IMG/VR virus record: IMGVR_UViG_3300045285_000083
Span: 1 to 34,689 of that record
From: a virus
Lineage: Duplodnaviria > Caudoviricetes
Reading direction: 5' to 3' (one strand)
Length of the DNA stretch: 34,689 nt
A model generated the notes under the pieces. It worked only from the letters and a program-made list of their open reading frames with translations, was not told the origin of the DNA and did not search any database. Both the position numbers and the translations under genes were made by a program. Positions 22,790-33,214 of the stretch are shown here, one piece after another. Each line of letters opens with the position of its first letter. Position 1 is the first letter of the stretch.

Positions 22790-24718
22790 ATGCGCTACGC
22801 CGTAAAATCGGCGCCGCCTCCTGGCGGCGAGCCGGAAGAATTTGTGCTGTCCGACAACTCGGTCGATCGCATGGGCGATGTGGTCGAGGCCTCGGGCTGG
22901 CAACTCGATCGGATCAAGTCGCCGCCACCGGTCCTGTTCAACCACAACACCAATCAGATCGTTGGCAGTTGGACTGATATTCGTAAGGCCGGCAATCAGT
23001 TGGTGGGCCGCATCGTTTGGACCAATTCCGACAAGTGGCCGATGGCGCAATACATTCGCGACCTGGTGCGCGAGGGCATTCTTCGCACCGTGTCGGTCGG
23101 CTTTGCGCCAGTCGAGCGGCAACCGCTGACCAAGGACGCCAGCAAGGAATTCGGGCCGTGGCGCTTCACCAAGAGCGAGCTGCTCGAGTGTTCGTTGGTG
23201 GCGGTACCGGCCAATCCCAACGCTATGGCGGTCGCTAGATCGTTGCATCTGCCATCTGAATTTGTCGCGGAAGTCTTCGGCGAGCCAGCACGAAGCTCCG
23301 CGGCCAAAACCGGCAAGCCTGCCAAATCCCTCGTGCCAAGAGGCGCGAATAATATGAATATGACGCTTTCCCAGAAGATTCAGGCCGCTCAAAAAAGGAT
23401 TGTCGGCCTGCGCGATCAGCTTACCGATCTGACTAACAAGGACGATCTCAACGACGAGGAAACCAGATCGGCCGAGGAGTTGCCCGATCTGATCGGGGCC
23501 GAACAGGCGGCGCTTGAGGTGCTCGAAAGACAGGAAAAGGCGCTTGCGGTGCGGATCGGCACGCCACCGTCAGCACAACCGGCACAAGAGATTATCGCGC
23601 CAGCGTCTCCGGCATTCAGCATGCCAAAGAAGAAAATCGAACCGGTTGATTACACCTACCGGGCCATGGCGGTGGCGCTGCGCTCATTTGCGTCGCAGAC
23701 GCCGGTCGAGCATGTGCTGCGCAACATGTACGGCAACGACGAGGGAACGCAGATCGTGCTGCGCGCCGCCGTCAATCCGGCCTCGACTGGTACCGCCGGC
23801 TATGCGGCCGAACTGGTGCAGATCGCCTATGGCGGGTTTCTTGATCGCCTGATTGCTAATTCGCTCTATGGGCCACTGTCGGAAACCGGCATGCGGATCG
23901 ACTTCGGTTCCAATGGCGTGGTCAAGATCCCAACGCGCACCAATACTTCGAAGGCGGCAGGCGCGTGGGTCGGCGAGGGCGCGCCGAAACCCGTGAAGAA
24001 GATTAGTCTAGCGCCGATCACGATGACGCCAACCAAGCTCGCAGTGATCACCACATTCACCGAGGAGATGGCCTTTTACAGTACGCCTGCAATTGAAGGC
24101 ATCCTGCGTAAGGCTATGGCCGACGATACGCAGGAATCGCTCGATGCCTTCCTGATCGATAACGTCGCGGCCTCGGCCGCTCGACCGGCCGGGTTGCTCA
24201 ACGGCGTTACTCCGGTTGCGGCATCTTCGGCGACGACGACAGTTCAGAAGATCATTGACGATCTCAACGCCTTGATCAAACCGATGGAAGCGGTCGGCGG
24301 CGGCGGCAAGATCGTGCTGATGGTCAATCCGGCGCAAGCCCGATCCTTGACCATGGCAACGACCACGACCGGTGACTTTGTGTTCGACGGATTGCTACAG
24401 GCCGCCGGTAAATTTGGCATCACCCGGATTGTCTCATCCAGAACCGTTCCGGTGGGTCAGGTCATTGCGGTCGATGCGGAGTGGTTCACTACTGCAACGG
24501 GAGACACGCCGCGCTTTGCGGTGTCGAACGAGGCTACTCTGCATGAGGAAGATACGACGCCGCTCGCGCTTGGCACGACAGGTACGCCGAACGTGGTCGC
24601 GGCGCCGATGCGATCGTTATTCCAAACGGATTCGATCGCTATTCGGTTGTCGCTCTACATCACGTGGGCGATGACGCGGGCCACCATGGTCCAGACTATA
24701 ACAGCGGTCGGATGGTGA
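22790..24718 (+). CDS. Fused HK97-type prohead protease + major capsid protein
   Basis: N-terminal DRMGDVV, VLFNH, SVGF, ELLECSLVAVPANPNA; C-terminal AWVGEG..KP, SLFQTDSIAIR. Confidence 0.93.
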   Translation: MRYAVKSAPPPGGEPEEFVLSDNSVDRMGDVVEASGWQLDRIKSPPPVLFNHNTNQIVGSWTDIRKAGNQLVGRIVWTNSDKWPMAQYIRDLVREGILRTVSVGFAPVERQPLTKDASKEFGPWRFTKSELLECSLVAVPANPNAMAVARSLHLPSEFVAEVFGEPARSSAAKTGKPAKSLVPRGANNMNMTLSQKIQAAQKRIVGLRDQLTDLTNKDDLNDEETRSAEELPDLIGAEQAALEVLERQEKALAVRIGTPPSAQPAQEIIAPASPAFSMPKKKIEPVDYTYRAMAVALRSFASQTPVEHVLRNMYGNDEGTQIVLRAAVNPASTGTAGYAAELVQIAYGGFLDRLIANSLYGPLSETGMRIDFGSNGVVKIPTRTNTSKAAGAWVGEGAPKPVKKISLAPITMTPTKLAVITTFTEEMAFYSTPAIEGILRKAMADDTQESLDAFLIDNVAASAARPAGLLNGVTPVAASSATTTVQKIIDDLNALIKPMEAVGGGGKIVLMVNPAQARSLTMATTTTGDFVFDGLLQAAGKFGITRIVSSRTVPVGQVIAVDAEWFTTATGDTPRFAVSNEATLHEEDTTPLALGTTGTPNVVAAPMRSLFQTDSIAIRLSLYITWAMTRATMVQTITAVGW

Positions 24719-24720
24719 AC

Positions 24721-25071
24721 ATGACTGAAGAAACCACGGAAGTTCAAGTGATCCTCGGGCCATACCGGGATAGCCGGCTGACGATGACGGCGGCCGATGC
24801 ATCGGCCGCCGTCAATGCCCATTGGGCGGTCGATCCGTTTGCTCCGCTCGATGAGCATCCGCACGATCCTCTCACCGAACAGGAGCGTCAGGATGCGTAT
24901 GAAGCGTCCATGACCTGGGCGAAGGCGCAATGGGTCGAGCCGCCGCCGCCGGAACCACCCACGCCGCCGGAAACGCATAAGCGCGATATGACGCCACAGT
25001 CCAGGGGCGAATACGAGACCAGGGACGTCAAGCCGCCAGCGCCAGCGCCCACACCCCCCAGGCACAGATGA
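24721..25071 (+). CDS. Hypothetical head-region protein, Pro-rich C-terminus
   Basis: Between capsid and portal; Y.TRD.KP tail. Confidence 0.7.
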   Translation: MTEETTEVQVILGPYRDSRLTMTAADASAAVNAHWAVDPFAPLDEHPHDPLTEQERQDAYEASMTWAKAQWVEPPPPEPPTPPETHKRDMTPQSRGEYETRDVKPPAPAPTPPRHR

Positions 25072-26489
25072 ATCCACTTTCCGTATTGGCTGCGCTGGTC
25101 CCCTGGCGCACCAAAACCAATCCGGCCGGCGAGGGCAATCCCCACGCCGGCCCGTATAATATCCTGGGTCAGGGCTGGCTGCCCGATGCCTGGGGTCGCA
25201 ATGCCAATTTCTGGCAGATGGATTACGATCCATTGCCGGGACCCTCGTCCTCGATCGTCGAAGCTTGTGTCTGGGCCTATGCCCGCGCCATTGCGCAACT
25301 GCCGGGCTACCACAAGCGCGATACCGGGGACGGCGGCAACGAGATTGTCACGACATCGGCGCTGTCGCGGCTGTTGCGGACGCCGAACAATTATATGACA
25401 TCGAGCGATTTCCTGGTGCATTTGATTCGATCATTACTGCTGACCGGGAATTCTTATTGGGTCGCGGAACGTAATTCCCGCAGCGAGGTCACGGCGCTGC
25501 ACTGGACTGATCCGCGACAATGCCACCCGGTTCAAGTGCTGGTGGAAGGCCAGACCTTTCGCGAGGTGTTTTACCAGATCGGGTTTAATCCGCTGACCGG
25601 CCTGTTTGACCGCGGCAGTCTGGCGATTCCGGCGCGGGATGTATTTCACATCAGACTGGCGACGCCGCGGCATCCTTTGATTGGCGAAACCTGGCTGGCA
25701 TCGCTTCGGAACGAACAGGCAACCCGCGGCGCGATCATGACGACCTCTGCGGCCCTCACTTCCAATATGAGCCGACCGTCCGGCGTGCTCACCAGCGACA
25801 GGGAATTATCCGGCACCCAGATTCAGGAATTGCGCGCCAAGTGGAACGAGCAGGCGGTCGGGTTGAATTCCGGCGGCGTGCCGATCCTTGGCTGGGGCCT
25901 GAAATTCCAGCCGCTGTCGGTCTCGAACGCGGACGCGCAAACTATCGACATGTTGAAGCTGACCGACCGGTCGATTGCAGCGGTGTTCGGCGTTCCGATG
26001 ATTCTGCTTGGCGTCAACGATACCGCTACGCAGAAGTCGAGCGAAGCCATCATGGCGGAATGGCTCGCGGCCGGCCTCGGTTGGCTCATCAACCATATCG
26101 AAGTCAGTACGGATGCCTTCATCGGCCTGAACGATGTAACCGCGGGCCGGGAATGGACCGAATACGACACCAGGGCGCTGCTACGGAGTGCATTCAAGGA
26201 TCGGATCGAGGGCCTCGCCAGGGGCGTTCAGGGGACGGTGTATTCGCCGAACGAAGCGCGTGCTCTGGAAGGATTGTCGGCGGCCAAGGAGGGCGGCGAG
26301 CCGCGCGCGCAAGCGCAATTGGTGCCATTGTCGGCGGCCGCGGGTCTGCCTGCAATGCCGGCAGCGGCGCCGTCTGCACCATCAGCGCCGACGACGGCCA
26401 ATGATAATGCCGCGGCACAATCGCCGGAAGAGCAGAAGGCGTATGCGGCATTTTTGCTGGAGAGAGCAATGAGCCATGCCGCTGGATGA
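25068..26489 (+). CDS. Portal protein (HK97 family)
   Basis: LLRTPNNYMT, LLLTGNSY, RPSGVL, IAAVFGVP..LLG, SPNEARALEGL. Confidence 0.95.
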   Translation: MNPLSVLAALVPWRTKTNPAGEGNPHAGPYNILGQGWLPDAWGRNANFWQMDYDPLPGPSSSIVEACVWAYARAIAQLPGYHKRDTGDGGNEIVTTSALSRLLRTPNNYMTSSDFLVHLIRSLLLTGNSYWVAERNSRSEVTALHWTDPRQCHPVQVLVEGQTFREVFYQIGFNPLTGLFDRGSLAIPARDVFHIRLATPRHPLIGETWLASLRNEQATRGAIMTTSAALTSNMSRPSGVLTSDRELSGTQIQELRAKWNEQAVGLNSGGVPILGWGLKFQPLSVSNADAQTIDMLKLTDRSIAAVFGVPMILLGVNDTATQKSSEAIMAEWLAAGLGWLINHIEVSTDAFIGLNDVTAGREWTEYDTRALLRSAFKDRIEGLARGVQGTVYSPNEARALEGLSAAKEGGEPRAQAQLVPLSAAAGLPAMPAAAPSAPSAPTTANDNAAAQSPEEQKAYAAFLLERAMSHAAG

Positions 26490-27183
26490 CAGAGCGATTA
26501 TCGCCGCGGTCGGCGAGGTGCTGGCGCAAGAGCGGGCGCAGCGATTGACGCTCGAGGCTAAGATTGAACAGTTGGCTACCCTGCTGCGTCAACCGGGACC
26601 GGAAGGGAAACAGGGCGATCAGGGCCAACCTGGCCGGGACGGATCGGTCGGCGAATGTGGCGAGACCGGCCCGCAGGGGCCACCAGGGCCGAGCGGAGAA
26701 GTAGGCCGCGATGGTCGCGACGGATTGCCCGGCCTGCTGGGACCGACCGGCGAGCGCGGTGAGCGAGGCCCAGCCGGCGAACAGGGCCCAGAAGGCCCTG
26801 CGGGGCCGACCGGTAGCGTCGGCGAGAAAGGCGGCCCCGGCGACCCTGCTTATCCTGGCCGCGCCTGCGGGCTTTGGTGTGAGGCTGAGATATATCGGGC
26901 GATGGACGTGGTTACGTCTAACGGCTCCGAGTGGCGCGCGGTGACGGACGATCCCGGCCCATTGCCGGGCGACGGCTGGGTGTTGGGGGCCAAGGGCAAC
27001 CGCGGCAAGCCAGGCGAAAGGGGTGCAAAAGGTGAGAAAGGCGAGCGAGGGCCAGCCGGATTGTCGGTCGTCAGGGCTGACATGGTTGGATTCGAACTGG
27101 TGTTGACGCTTTCGGATGAAACCCGGCTGGTCTGCAATATGCTGGGGGCGTTCGAGCGCTATCACCGCGAGGCCGTGGCATGA
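26476..27183 (+). CDS. Collagen-like (Gly-X-Y) protein with an inserted small aromatic beta module
   Basis: Long G-X-Y run; Y...DVV..NGSEW.A..D.PG..PG..W insert. Confidence 0.8.
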   Translation: MPLDDRAIIAAVGEVLAQERAQRLTLEAKIEQLATLLRQPGPEGKQGDQGQPGRDGSVGECGETGPQGPPGPSGEVGRDGRDGLPGLLGPTGERGERGPAGEQGPEGPAGPTGSVGEKGGPGDPAYPGRACGLWCEAEIYRAMDVVTSNGSEWRAVTDDPGPLPGDGWVLGAKGNRGKPGERGAKGEKGERGPAGLSVVRADMVGFELVLTLSDETRLVCNMLGAFERYHREAVA

Positions 27184-27836
27184 GCAGCGACCAGCAATCC
27201 TATATCAGATTGGAACTGGTCGCGCCTCCGGCCGTCGAGCCATTGACGGCGGCCGAGGCCAAGGCGCGTTTGGCGATCGGTGACGAAGTTTCCGACGAAG
27301 TCATGGACGCCTACATCATGGCGTCGCGCCAGCAACTGGACGGTGCCGTCGGCTGGCTCAATCGGGCGCTGATCACGCAAAGCTGGCGCGGACATCTCGA
27401 TGCTTTCCCATGCGGCAGTCGGCTCTACATTCCGTTGCCGCCGTTACAGCAATTGACAGTCAGTTATGTCGGCGCGGGCGGCAGTTCGATAAATTTGACA
27501 GAGGGCGTCGATTATAAACTGACACAGAACGCGCAACGGCCTTACATCACGCCGATCGGATCGTGGCCATCGTTAACGATCAGCTCCGATGCCATCACGC
27601 TGGATTTTATTGCCGGCTATGGCGATGACGGAGCATCCGTTCCGGAACCGATCAGAACGGCGATTGCGCTCGGCGCTGGGCATATCCATCACATCGCGTC
27701 ACGCAATCCCGCGGTTACCATGGAGGCCGAGGAGGGCATTGGCCAGACCCGTTACGGCGTCACTGCTGAGGTGTTCAAGGTTGTAGATGATACTATTGCT
27801 AGTCTGTTGTCAGTCTATCGGGTCGTCGAAATATGA
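27180..27836 (+). CDS. Head-tail connector (gp6-like)
   Basis: EPLT..EAK..L, RALITQSW, F.AGYG..VPEPIRTAI, LL..YRV. Confidence 0.85.
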   Translation: MSSDQQSYIRLELVAPPAVEPLTAAEAKARLAIGDEVSDEVMDAYIMASRQQLDGAVGWLNRALITQSWRGHLDAFPCGSRLYIPLPPLQQLTVSYVGAGGSSINLTEGVDYKLTQNAQRPYITPIGSWPSLTISSDAITLDFIAGYGDDGASVPEPIRTAIALGAGHIHHIASRNPAVTMEAEEGIGQTRYGVTAEVFKVVDDTIASLLSVYRVVEI

Positions 27837-28198
27837 TTCCAGCCGACTACAATCTTAACATTTACCGCGGCGACACTAGCCGCTGGCAAATCAAACTATG
27901 GGCCGACAAGGACAAAACGCAACGTGCTGACCTGACCGGCGTCACGGTCGAAGCCACGCTGCGCGGCAAGGCGGGCGATAATTTTGCCATGCCGCTGGGT
28001 TGCACCGTCACCGAGGCGAACATCATCGAGATGGTGTTGACATCGGGCCAAAGCCGCGACCTGCCGGCCAGAGGTGGGTGGGACTTGAAACTGACCTATC
28101 CCAGCGGAGATGTCGCCACGGTGCTGATAGGATCGTATTGCGCGATGCAAGCGACATCGCTCGATCCCGCAAGAAAAAAACTGGCGGCTGTCAAATGA
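27833..28198 (+). CDS. Ig-like fibre-attachment/structural protein
   Basis: L.IYRGDT, DLTG..V.A.LR, WDLKLT. Confidence 0.65.
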   Translation: MIPADYNLNIYRGDTSRWQIKLWADKDKTQRADLTGVTVEATLRGKAGDNFAMPLGCTVTEANIIEMVLTSGQSRDLPARGGWDLKLTYPSGDVATVLIGSYCAMQATSLDPARKKLAAVK

Positions 28199-29961
28199 GT
28201 CGCACTATCGACATCGCGCTGACCACAACCCGCGCGATTATCATCGACGTGCAGGACGATACCCTGGCCCGGATCGGCGTGTTGCCGCCCGAGATCATTA
28301 AATTGATCGAAGTCGGCGCGACAGGCCCCAAGGGCGATCCGGGACCGCAAGGTCCCAAAGGCGAGAGGGGACCGCCAGGAGAGGTGGAAGAGGCGCCTAT
28401 TGATGGCATGAAATACGTTCGTTGTGACGCCGATTGGCAGGTGCTGCCGATAAGAGGCGGCGGCGGCGGCGGAAGCGGCGCCGGTAGCGGGGATGGCCCG
28501 CCCGGGCCACAGGGACCGGCAGGACCGCAAGGACCAACGGGGCCGCAGGGACTAACTGGCGCTACCGGCGCTCAGGGACCAGAGGGGCCGCAAGGCCCTC
28601 AGGGATGGACCGGAAATCCTGGCATGCAGGGTGTTCCGGGGCCGCAAGGACCTCAGGGGCCCGCTGGCGCGGATTCCACTGTTCCTGGACCGCAGGGACC
28701 GCAGGGCATTCAGGGTGTTACGGGGCCAACTGGACCGCAGGGTGTACCTGGCGCTACGGGACCGCAGGGCGACCCACAAACGCCGAGCAACAGTAACCCG
28801 CTGATTGACGGCACGGCGTCACCGGGCGCGTCGGCGCTGTATTCCCGTGGCGATCATGTTCATCCGACCGATACGTCACGGGCGGCGCTCACCCAGGTGG
28901 TGCGCTACGACATACCGCAATCGCTGACCGCGACGCAAAAAGCACAAGCTCGTGCCAATATCGATGTGTTGAAAAAGAATTACATCATCAACGGCGCGAT
29001 GATGATCAGTCAGGAGAACGGGTTAACGGCAGGGACGGTGGCTGGGTTTTGTCCGGCTGACCAATTTTTTATGACCTTCAGTAATGCAGGAACTCAGACT
29101 GCCCAGAATGTTGCGAGCCCGACGCCGGGTGGGTCTCCTTCCAGACTACGTCTTACCGCTACTGTAGCTGATGCTTCAGTAGCTGCTGGGGATTACTGTT
29201 TTATCTATCACTCCATTGAAGGATTTCGCGTTGCTGATCTGAGAATGGGCAGCGCCGCTGCTAAGACGGCGACACTTCAGTTTGGCGTCAAGGCTCCCGT
29301 CGGTACTTATTGCGTGTCGTTCTACAATGACGTCGGCAATCGGACCTATGTCGCAGAATTTGTCATCGCCGCTGGCGAAGCTAACATCGACGTTGTCAAG
29401 TCGATTACGGTGCCGCTGGATACAGCAGGCACGTGGCAAACCGGCAATCTCGTCGGTCTCAATATAATCTGGACACTGATGTGTGGGACCACAAAGCAGG
29501 GTGTCGCCAACGCATGGACAGCTACAGGTAACCCTATTGCGACAGCAAACCAGTTCAACTTCATGGGTACCGTCAACAATGTGTTCGAACTGTTCGATGT
29601 CGGCTTGTACGAAGGTAATGTCGCGCCGCCGTTCATGGTGCCGGATTACGCCAGCGAGTTGGCGTTGTGTAAGCGGTATTGGCAGAAGCTCGGTGGCAGT
29701 GCTGCAGCCGAGGTATACCTGAGTAGTTACACAACTGCCGGAACGGGGGCCGCGCAAACATTAGGCTACCCGGTAGAAATGCGGGCAATTCCGACTGCAC
29801 TAATTGTAGGTTCGTGGACTTTATTTAACGCATCGGCACCAACCCTCAATGGTGTCGGTTCAAAATCGCTTGGCTTTAATATCGTAGCAACGGCGACCGG
29901 CGCTCTTTCCGCTTACAACACAAATACCAGTTGTTACGTTTCATTGAACGCGAGGTTGTGA
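28195..29961 (+). CDS. Fibre protein: collagen repeats, foldon-like motif, C-terminal receptor-binding region
   Basis: G-X-Y runs; [16 protein letters not shown]; [13 protein letters not shown]; [20 protein letters not shown]. Confidence 0.85.
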   Translation: MSRTIDIALTTTRAIIIDVQDDTLARIGVLPPEIIKLIEVGATGPKGDPGPQGPKGERGPPGEVEEAPIDGMKYVRCDADWQVLPIRGGGGGGSGAGSGDGPPGPQGPAGPQGPTGPQGLTGATGAQGPEGPQGPQGWTGNPGMQGVPGPQGPQGPAGADSTVPGPQGPQGIQGVTGPTGPQGVPGATGPQGDPQTPSNSNPLIDGTASPGASALYSRGDHVHPTDTSRAALTQVVRYDIPQSLTATQKAQARANIDVLKKNYIINGAMMISQENGLTAGTVAGFCPADQFFMTFSNAGTQTAQNVASPTPGGSPSRLRLTATVADASVAAGDYCFIYHSIEGFRVADLRMGSAAAKTATLQFGVKAPVGTYCVSFYNDVGNRTYVAEFVIAAGEANIDVVKSITVPLDTAGTWQTGNLVGLNIIWTLMCGTTKQGVANAWTATGNPIATANQFNFMGTVNNVFELFDVGLYEGNVAPPFMVPDYASELALCKRYWQKLGGSAAAEVYLSSYTTAGTGAAQTLGYPVEMRAIPTALIVGSWTLFNASAPTLNGVGSKSLGFNIVATATGALSAYNTNTSCYVSLNARL

Positions 29962-30176
29962 TGGCAGAATACCAACTCACCGCAACTGAAGCATCAGTGA
30001 TCCGTACCGCCGATAGTGCGTGCATCCCCAACGATCCAGCCAACCGCGACTGGGCTGAATATCAGCAATGGCTCGCCGATGGCGGCGTGCCCGATCCGGT
30101 GCCGCCGATAGTTGTCGCCACGCTCGACAGCGTCGGCAATGCAAAGACTACGGCGCAAATACTCGGAGCAACATGA
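29961..30176 (+). CDS. Fibre-associated small protein/chaperone (IPNDPANRDW.EY..WLA.G)
   Basis: Motif and position right after the fibre gene. Confidence 0.75.
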   Translation: MAEYQLTATEASVIRTADSACIPNDPANRDWAEYQQWLADGGVPDPVPPIVVATLDSVGNAKTTAQILGAT

Positions 30177-30505
30177 TGTCGGCGCTCGACCTGATCGCAA
30201 CCGCATCGAACGAAACCTTCGCCGGTCGCGTCATGATGATCGAGTTCAGGGTGGCACAGAATGTCGCCAGCGAGGATGCGGGAACGGCGCATCATGCCGA
30301 ACGTATCGCCTATTCAGGCATGGTGATCCGGGGCGAGGAGAAGCCGCAGATCGTCGCCGCGCATGTGATCTCCTCCAATCCATCGATTTCGGCGCAGATT
30401 GAAAGTGACCCGGCTGCACTGGGCAGCAACGTGCCGGATGGCGATATCGAGTTCGCGATGGCCTCGATCTGGGACGCGCGCTCGCTGGCGTTTGCGGCGG
30501 TTTGA
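30173..30505 (+). CDS. Hypothetical structural protein
   Basis: GGAG RBS, ATGA coupling. Confidence 0.7.
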   Translation: MMSALDLIATASNETFAGRVMMIEFRVAQNVASEDAGTAHHAERIAYSGMVIRGEEKPQIVAAHVISSNPSISAQIESDPAALGSNVPDGDIEFAMASIWDARSLAFAAV

Positions 30506-30508
30506 CAA

Positions 30509-30913
30509 GTGAGCCGTGCCGCCGAACTGCTGGCTCAGTACCAGACCAAGATCGCCAAGGCTGGGCAGTGGATCGGGATCAGGCGATACACCGGCACCGG
30601 GCCGACGCGGACCTTCGGCGATACACTGGCGCGGGCCTATGTGATCTATGCGCCCGATAGTGCGCTGGTCGGCGGCGTGGTGCAGGGCAATCTGCTGGTC
30701 TGGGCGCTGGTCGATAGCTTTACTGCGATGGTGCCGCCGGTTAACAATAACGATCGTCTGGTAACCCGGTTTTTCGGTTGTGATGATCCAAACGCGACGC
30801 CGCCTTTGACTGATGGTCACGTCTCCAGTGGTAAAGAGATGGCGCTCAAGAGCGTGATGGAGATCATGCCCGGCGGGACGCTGATCGCGTTGAAAATGGT
30901 TGCGGTGGGCTGA
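30509..30913 (+). CDS. Putative head-closure/neck protein
   Basis: Position and size. Confidence 0.55.
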   Translation: MSRAAELLAQYQTKIAKAGQWIGIRRYTGTGPTRTFGDTLARAYVIYAPDSALVGGVVQGNLLVWALVDSFTAMVPPVNNNDRLVTRFFGCDDPNATPPLTDGHVSSGKEMALKSVMEIMPGGTLIALKMVAVG

Positions 30914-31362
30914 TGTCGGTCACCACAGCCGAAGCTATGGCGCGGGTTCGCGAGCGGCTCAACGCGGGCAGCTATGGCTTTCCGGTTTATTTCGAGGGTG
31001 ATGACGCGGCACTGCTGCCGGACACGCCGAGTCCGTTTGCCGTCGTAGCGTTTAACAACGAGGGCGAAATCGCGGTCAGTTTTGGCGGCGGGCGCGGCAA
31101 CAATGTCTATCGCAACCGGATGCGGGTCGAGGCTTTCGTATTCTCGCCGATGGGGTATGGCGCCGAAGCCGTGGCCGCGTATGCCGAACCCGTGGCCGCT
31201 CAGTTGCGCTCGTACCGGGATGATGTGATCTCATGTTTCGGCGCGGGCGTATTCCCGGTCGGCACAGCGTCTACCCTCGCGGTGCCAGGTTTGGCTTCCG
31301 ATATTTCTAATTATCAATGCGCCGTGGTCGAGGCCGTGGTGACGTTCGACCTGACCGGATAA
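30913..31362 (+). CDS. Putative tail terminator
   Basis: Directly upstream of tail tube, 149 aa. Confidence 0.6.
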   Translation: MSVTTAEAMARVRERLNAGSYGFPVYFEGDDAALLPDTPSPFAVVAFNNEGEIAVSFGGGRGNNVYRNRMRVEAFVFSPMGYGAEAVAAYAEPVAAQLRSYRDDVISCFGAGVFPVGTASTLAVPGLASDISNYQCAVVEAVVTFDLTG

Positions 31363-31375
31363 ACAGGAGTCTGCC

Positions 31376-32713
31376 ATGCCCTTAGCTGAAGGCGTATCTG
31401 CGAGAATAGCCTACAAGTTCTATACTTCGCCGGTTATCGTGCCAGGTGTCCCCGCAGTATCGGCAACGGACCCGGGTGCTACCGGCGGACAGATCTTGAG
31501 ACGGGTTGCGAGTACACTCGCATTCACAAAGGACACCTACCAATCGAACGAAATCCGCTCCGATTATCAGATTGCTGATTTTAGGCATGGCGTGCGACGC
31601 GTCGCGGGCAATATAAGTGGCGAGCTTTCACCGTTGACGTATATGGATTGGTTCGAGGCATCGTTCCGTTCGAACTGGACCGATCCTGTCACAGCAAGCA
31701 ACACCACGCTCACGTCGATGACGGCTGATCATACGGCTTCGACTCTGGTCTTTGGTGGCGGTGACCCGGTGCTCGTCGGCTTGAAGCCCGGCATGGGCAT
31801 CAAGTTCACCGGATTGACCGCAACCGCCAACAACGGCACCACCTTCGTCATCACCGGGTTTTCCGGCACCAGCAACCGCACCGTCGGTGTGCTTCCGGCA
31901 CCGACGACGGCTGCATCGGAAAGCACTTTCACGCTGTCTTCCACCGGTTCTTCCTTGATCATTCCGTCGACCGGTCACACCAGGCGAAAAGTCGCCGTTG
32001 AAATTTACAGCGAAGATGTCGACATCGCGCGGCTGTTTACCGAATGCAGAGTCGGTGGGTTTAATCTGCAAATGCCAGCCACCGGGATGAGCACTATTGA
32101 GTTTAATGCCACCGGACGCGACATGGAAGTGTACGAGACTACAGCAGCGCCATTCTTCACCGCGCCGGCAGCGGCGACGACGACGCACTTGTTGGCTGCG
32201 GTCAATGGTTTGCTGCGGATATCGGGGCAGACTGTCGCCGTGATCACTGCCATGAACATCCAGAATGCCATTACACTGACCGGCGATCCGGTTGTTGGAA
32301 GCAATCTCGTACCGGAAATTTTTGCAGGCAGGAACGTCATAACCGGGCAGATGACGGCGTTCTTCCAGGATGCGGTCTTGATCAATGATTTTAAAAACGA
32401 ATCGGAGATCGATGTACTGGCTTATCTCACCACAGGTTCATTGCCGGGCGCGCCGGCGATGAGCTTTTACTTGCCGCGGGTGAAATTGGGTGGCGCTGAC
32501 CTGGCAACCACAGGCGAGCAAGGTCAGATGATCACCATACCCTATCAGGCGCTGAAATATGAAGGCACTGCCGCCGGCGTTCCACAGACCACGATGCAGA
32601 TCTGGGACTCAGAAGTTCCGGCCGGGTCCGGCACGTTGATGGCCGACCGGAGTGAGATCGATAACGAATCTTCCGCTGCCAAGGAAGGGCCCCGCCTGGC
32701 TCGCGCTGGGTGA
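31376..32713 (+). CDS. Tail tube (major tail) protein with an inserted beta domain
   Basis: LRRV.STL..KDTYQSNEIRSD.QIADFRHG, GELS, F.LPRVK; AGGAG RBS. Confidence 0.88.
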   Translation: MPLAEGVSARIAYKFYTSPVIVPGVPAVSATDPGATGGQILRRVASTLAFTKDTYQSNEIRSDYQIADFRHGVRRVAGNISGELSPLTYMDWFEASFRSNWTDPVTASNTTLTSMTADHTASTLVFGGGDPVLVGLKPGMGIKFTGLTATANNGTTFVITGFSGTSNRTVGVLPAPTTAASESTFTLSSTGSSLIIPSTGHTRRKVAVEIYSEDVDIARLFTECRVGGFNLQMPATGMSTIEFNATGRDMEVYETTAAPFFTAPAAATTTHLLAAVNGLLRISGQTVAVITAMNIQNAITLTGDPVVGSNLVPEIFAGRNVITGQMTAFFQDAVLINDFKNESEIDVLAYLTTGSLPGAPAMSFYLPRVKLGGADLATTGEQGQMITIPYQALKYEGTAAGVPQTTMQIWDSEVPAGSGTLMADRSEIDNESSAAKEGPRLARAG

Positions 32714-32791
32714 TTGCAAGAAGAACCTCCCTGCAATCGAACCGGGCGGCTGGCGGGTCGCCCGGTTCACCCTTCCGCCAAAGGATAAACC

Positions 32792-33214
32792 ATGAATAGA
32801 TTCTCCGGCCTCGAGTTAGAGGTCGACGCTCCCTTCCGCTTGGTCCTCGTTCATCCCGTCACCCGTCAGCCGATGCGTGATGCCGAGGGCAAGACTGCCT
32901 ACATCGATCACTACTCGTCTGACTCCGAGATCGCGAGGAAGCATCAGCGCGCGGTGCAACGGCGAAGGCTGGCAATGCGCGGTCGGATGAAAATCACGCC
33001 GGAAGAATTAGAGGCCGAGGCAACCGAGGTTCTGGCGGCACTGACCGCGGGTTGGTATCTGGTCGATCTCAAGGGCAATGTGATCGATTTGCCGTTCAGC
33101 CAGGAGAATGCTCGCGAGCTTTATGGTAATCCGGCCGTGGGCTGGCTGCGCGAGCAACTCGACGAAAGCACGGCTGATCGGGGAAATTTCTCGCTGGGCT
33201 CATCGACGAACTAG
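32792..33214 (+). CDS. Tail assembly chaperone (gpG-like)
   Basis: L.HP.T, PFS.ENARELY..WLREQ..DRGNF. Confidence 0.8.
   Translation: MNRFSGLELEVDAPFRLVLVHPVTRQPMRDAEGKTAYIDHYSSDSEIARKHQRAVQRRRLAMRGRMKITPEELEAEATEVLAALTAGWYLVDLKGNVIDLPFSQENARELYGNPAVGWLREQLDESTADRGNFSLGSSTN

Noticed and set aside
21319-22791. 490-aa minus ORF and similar long antisense ORFs (11671-12594, 15467-16279, 26194-27165, 6241-6936)
   Set aside because: Shadow frames of well-supported genes in GC-rich DNA; no motifs
28500-28770. GGACCGCAG-type DNA repeats
   Set aside because: Explained by collagen GPQ codons
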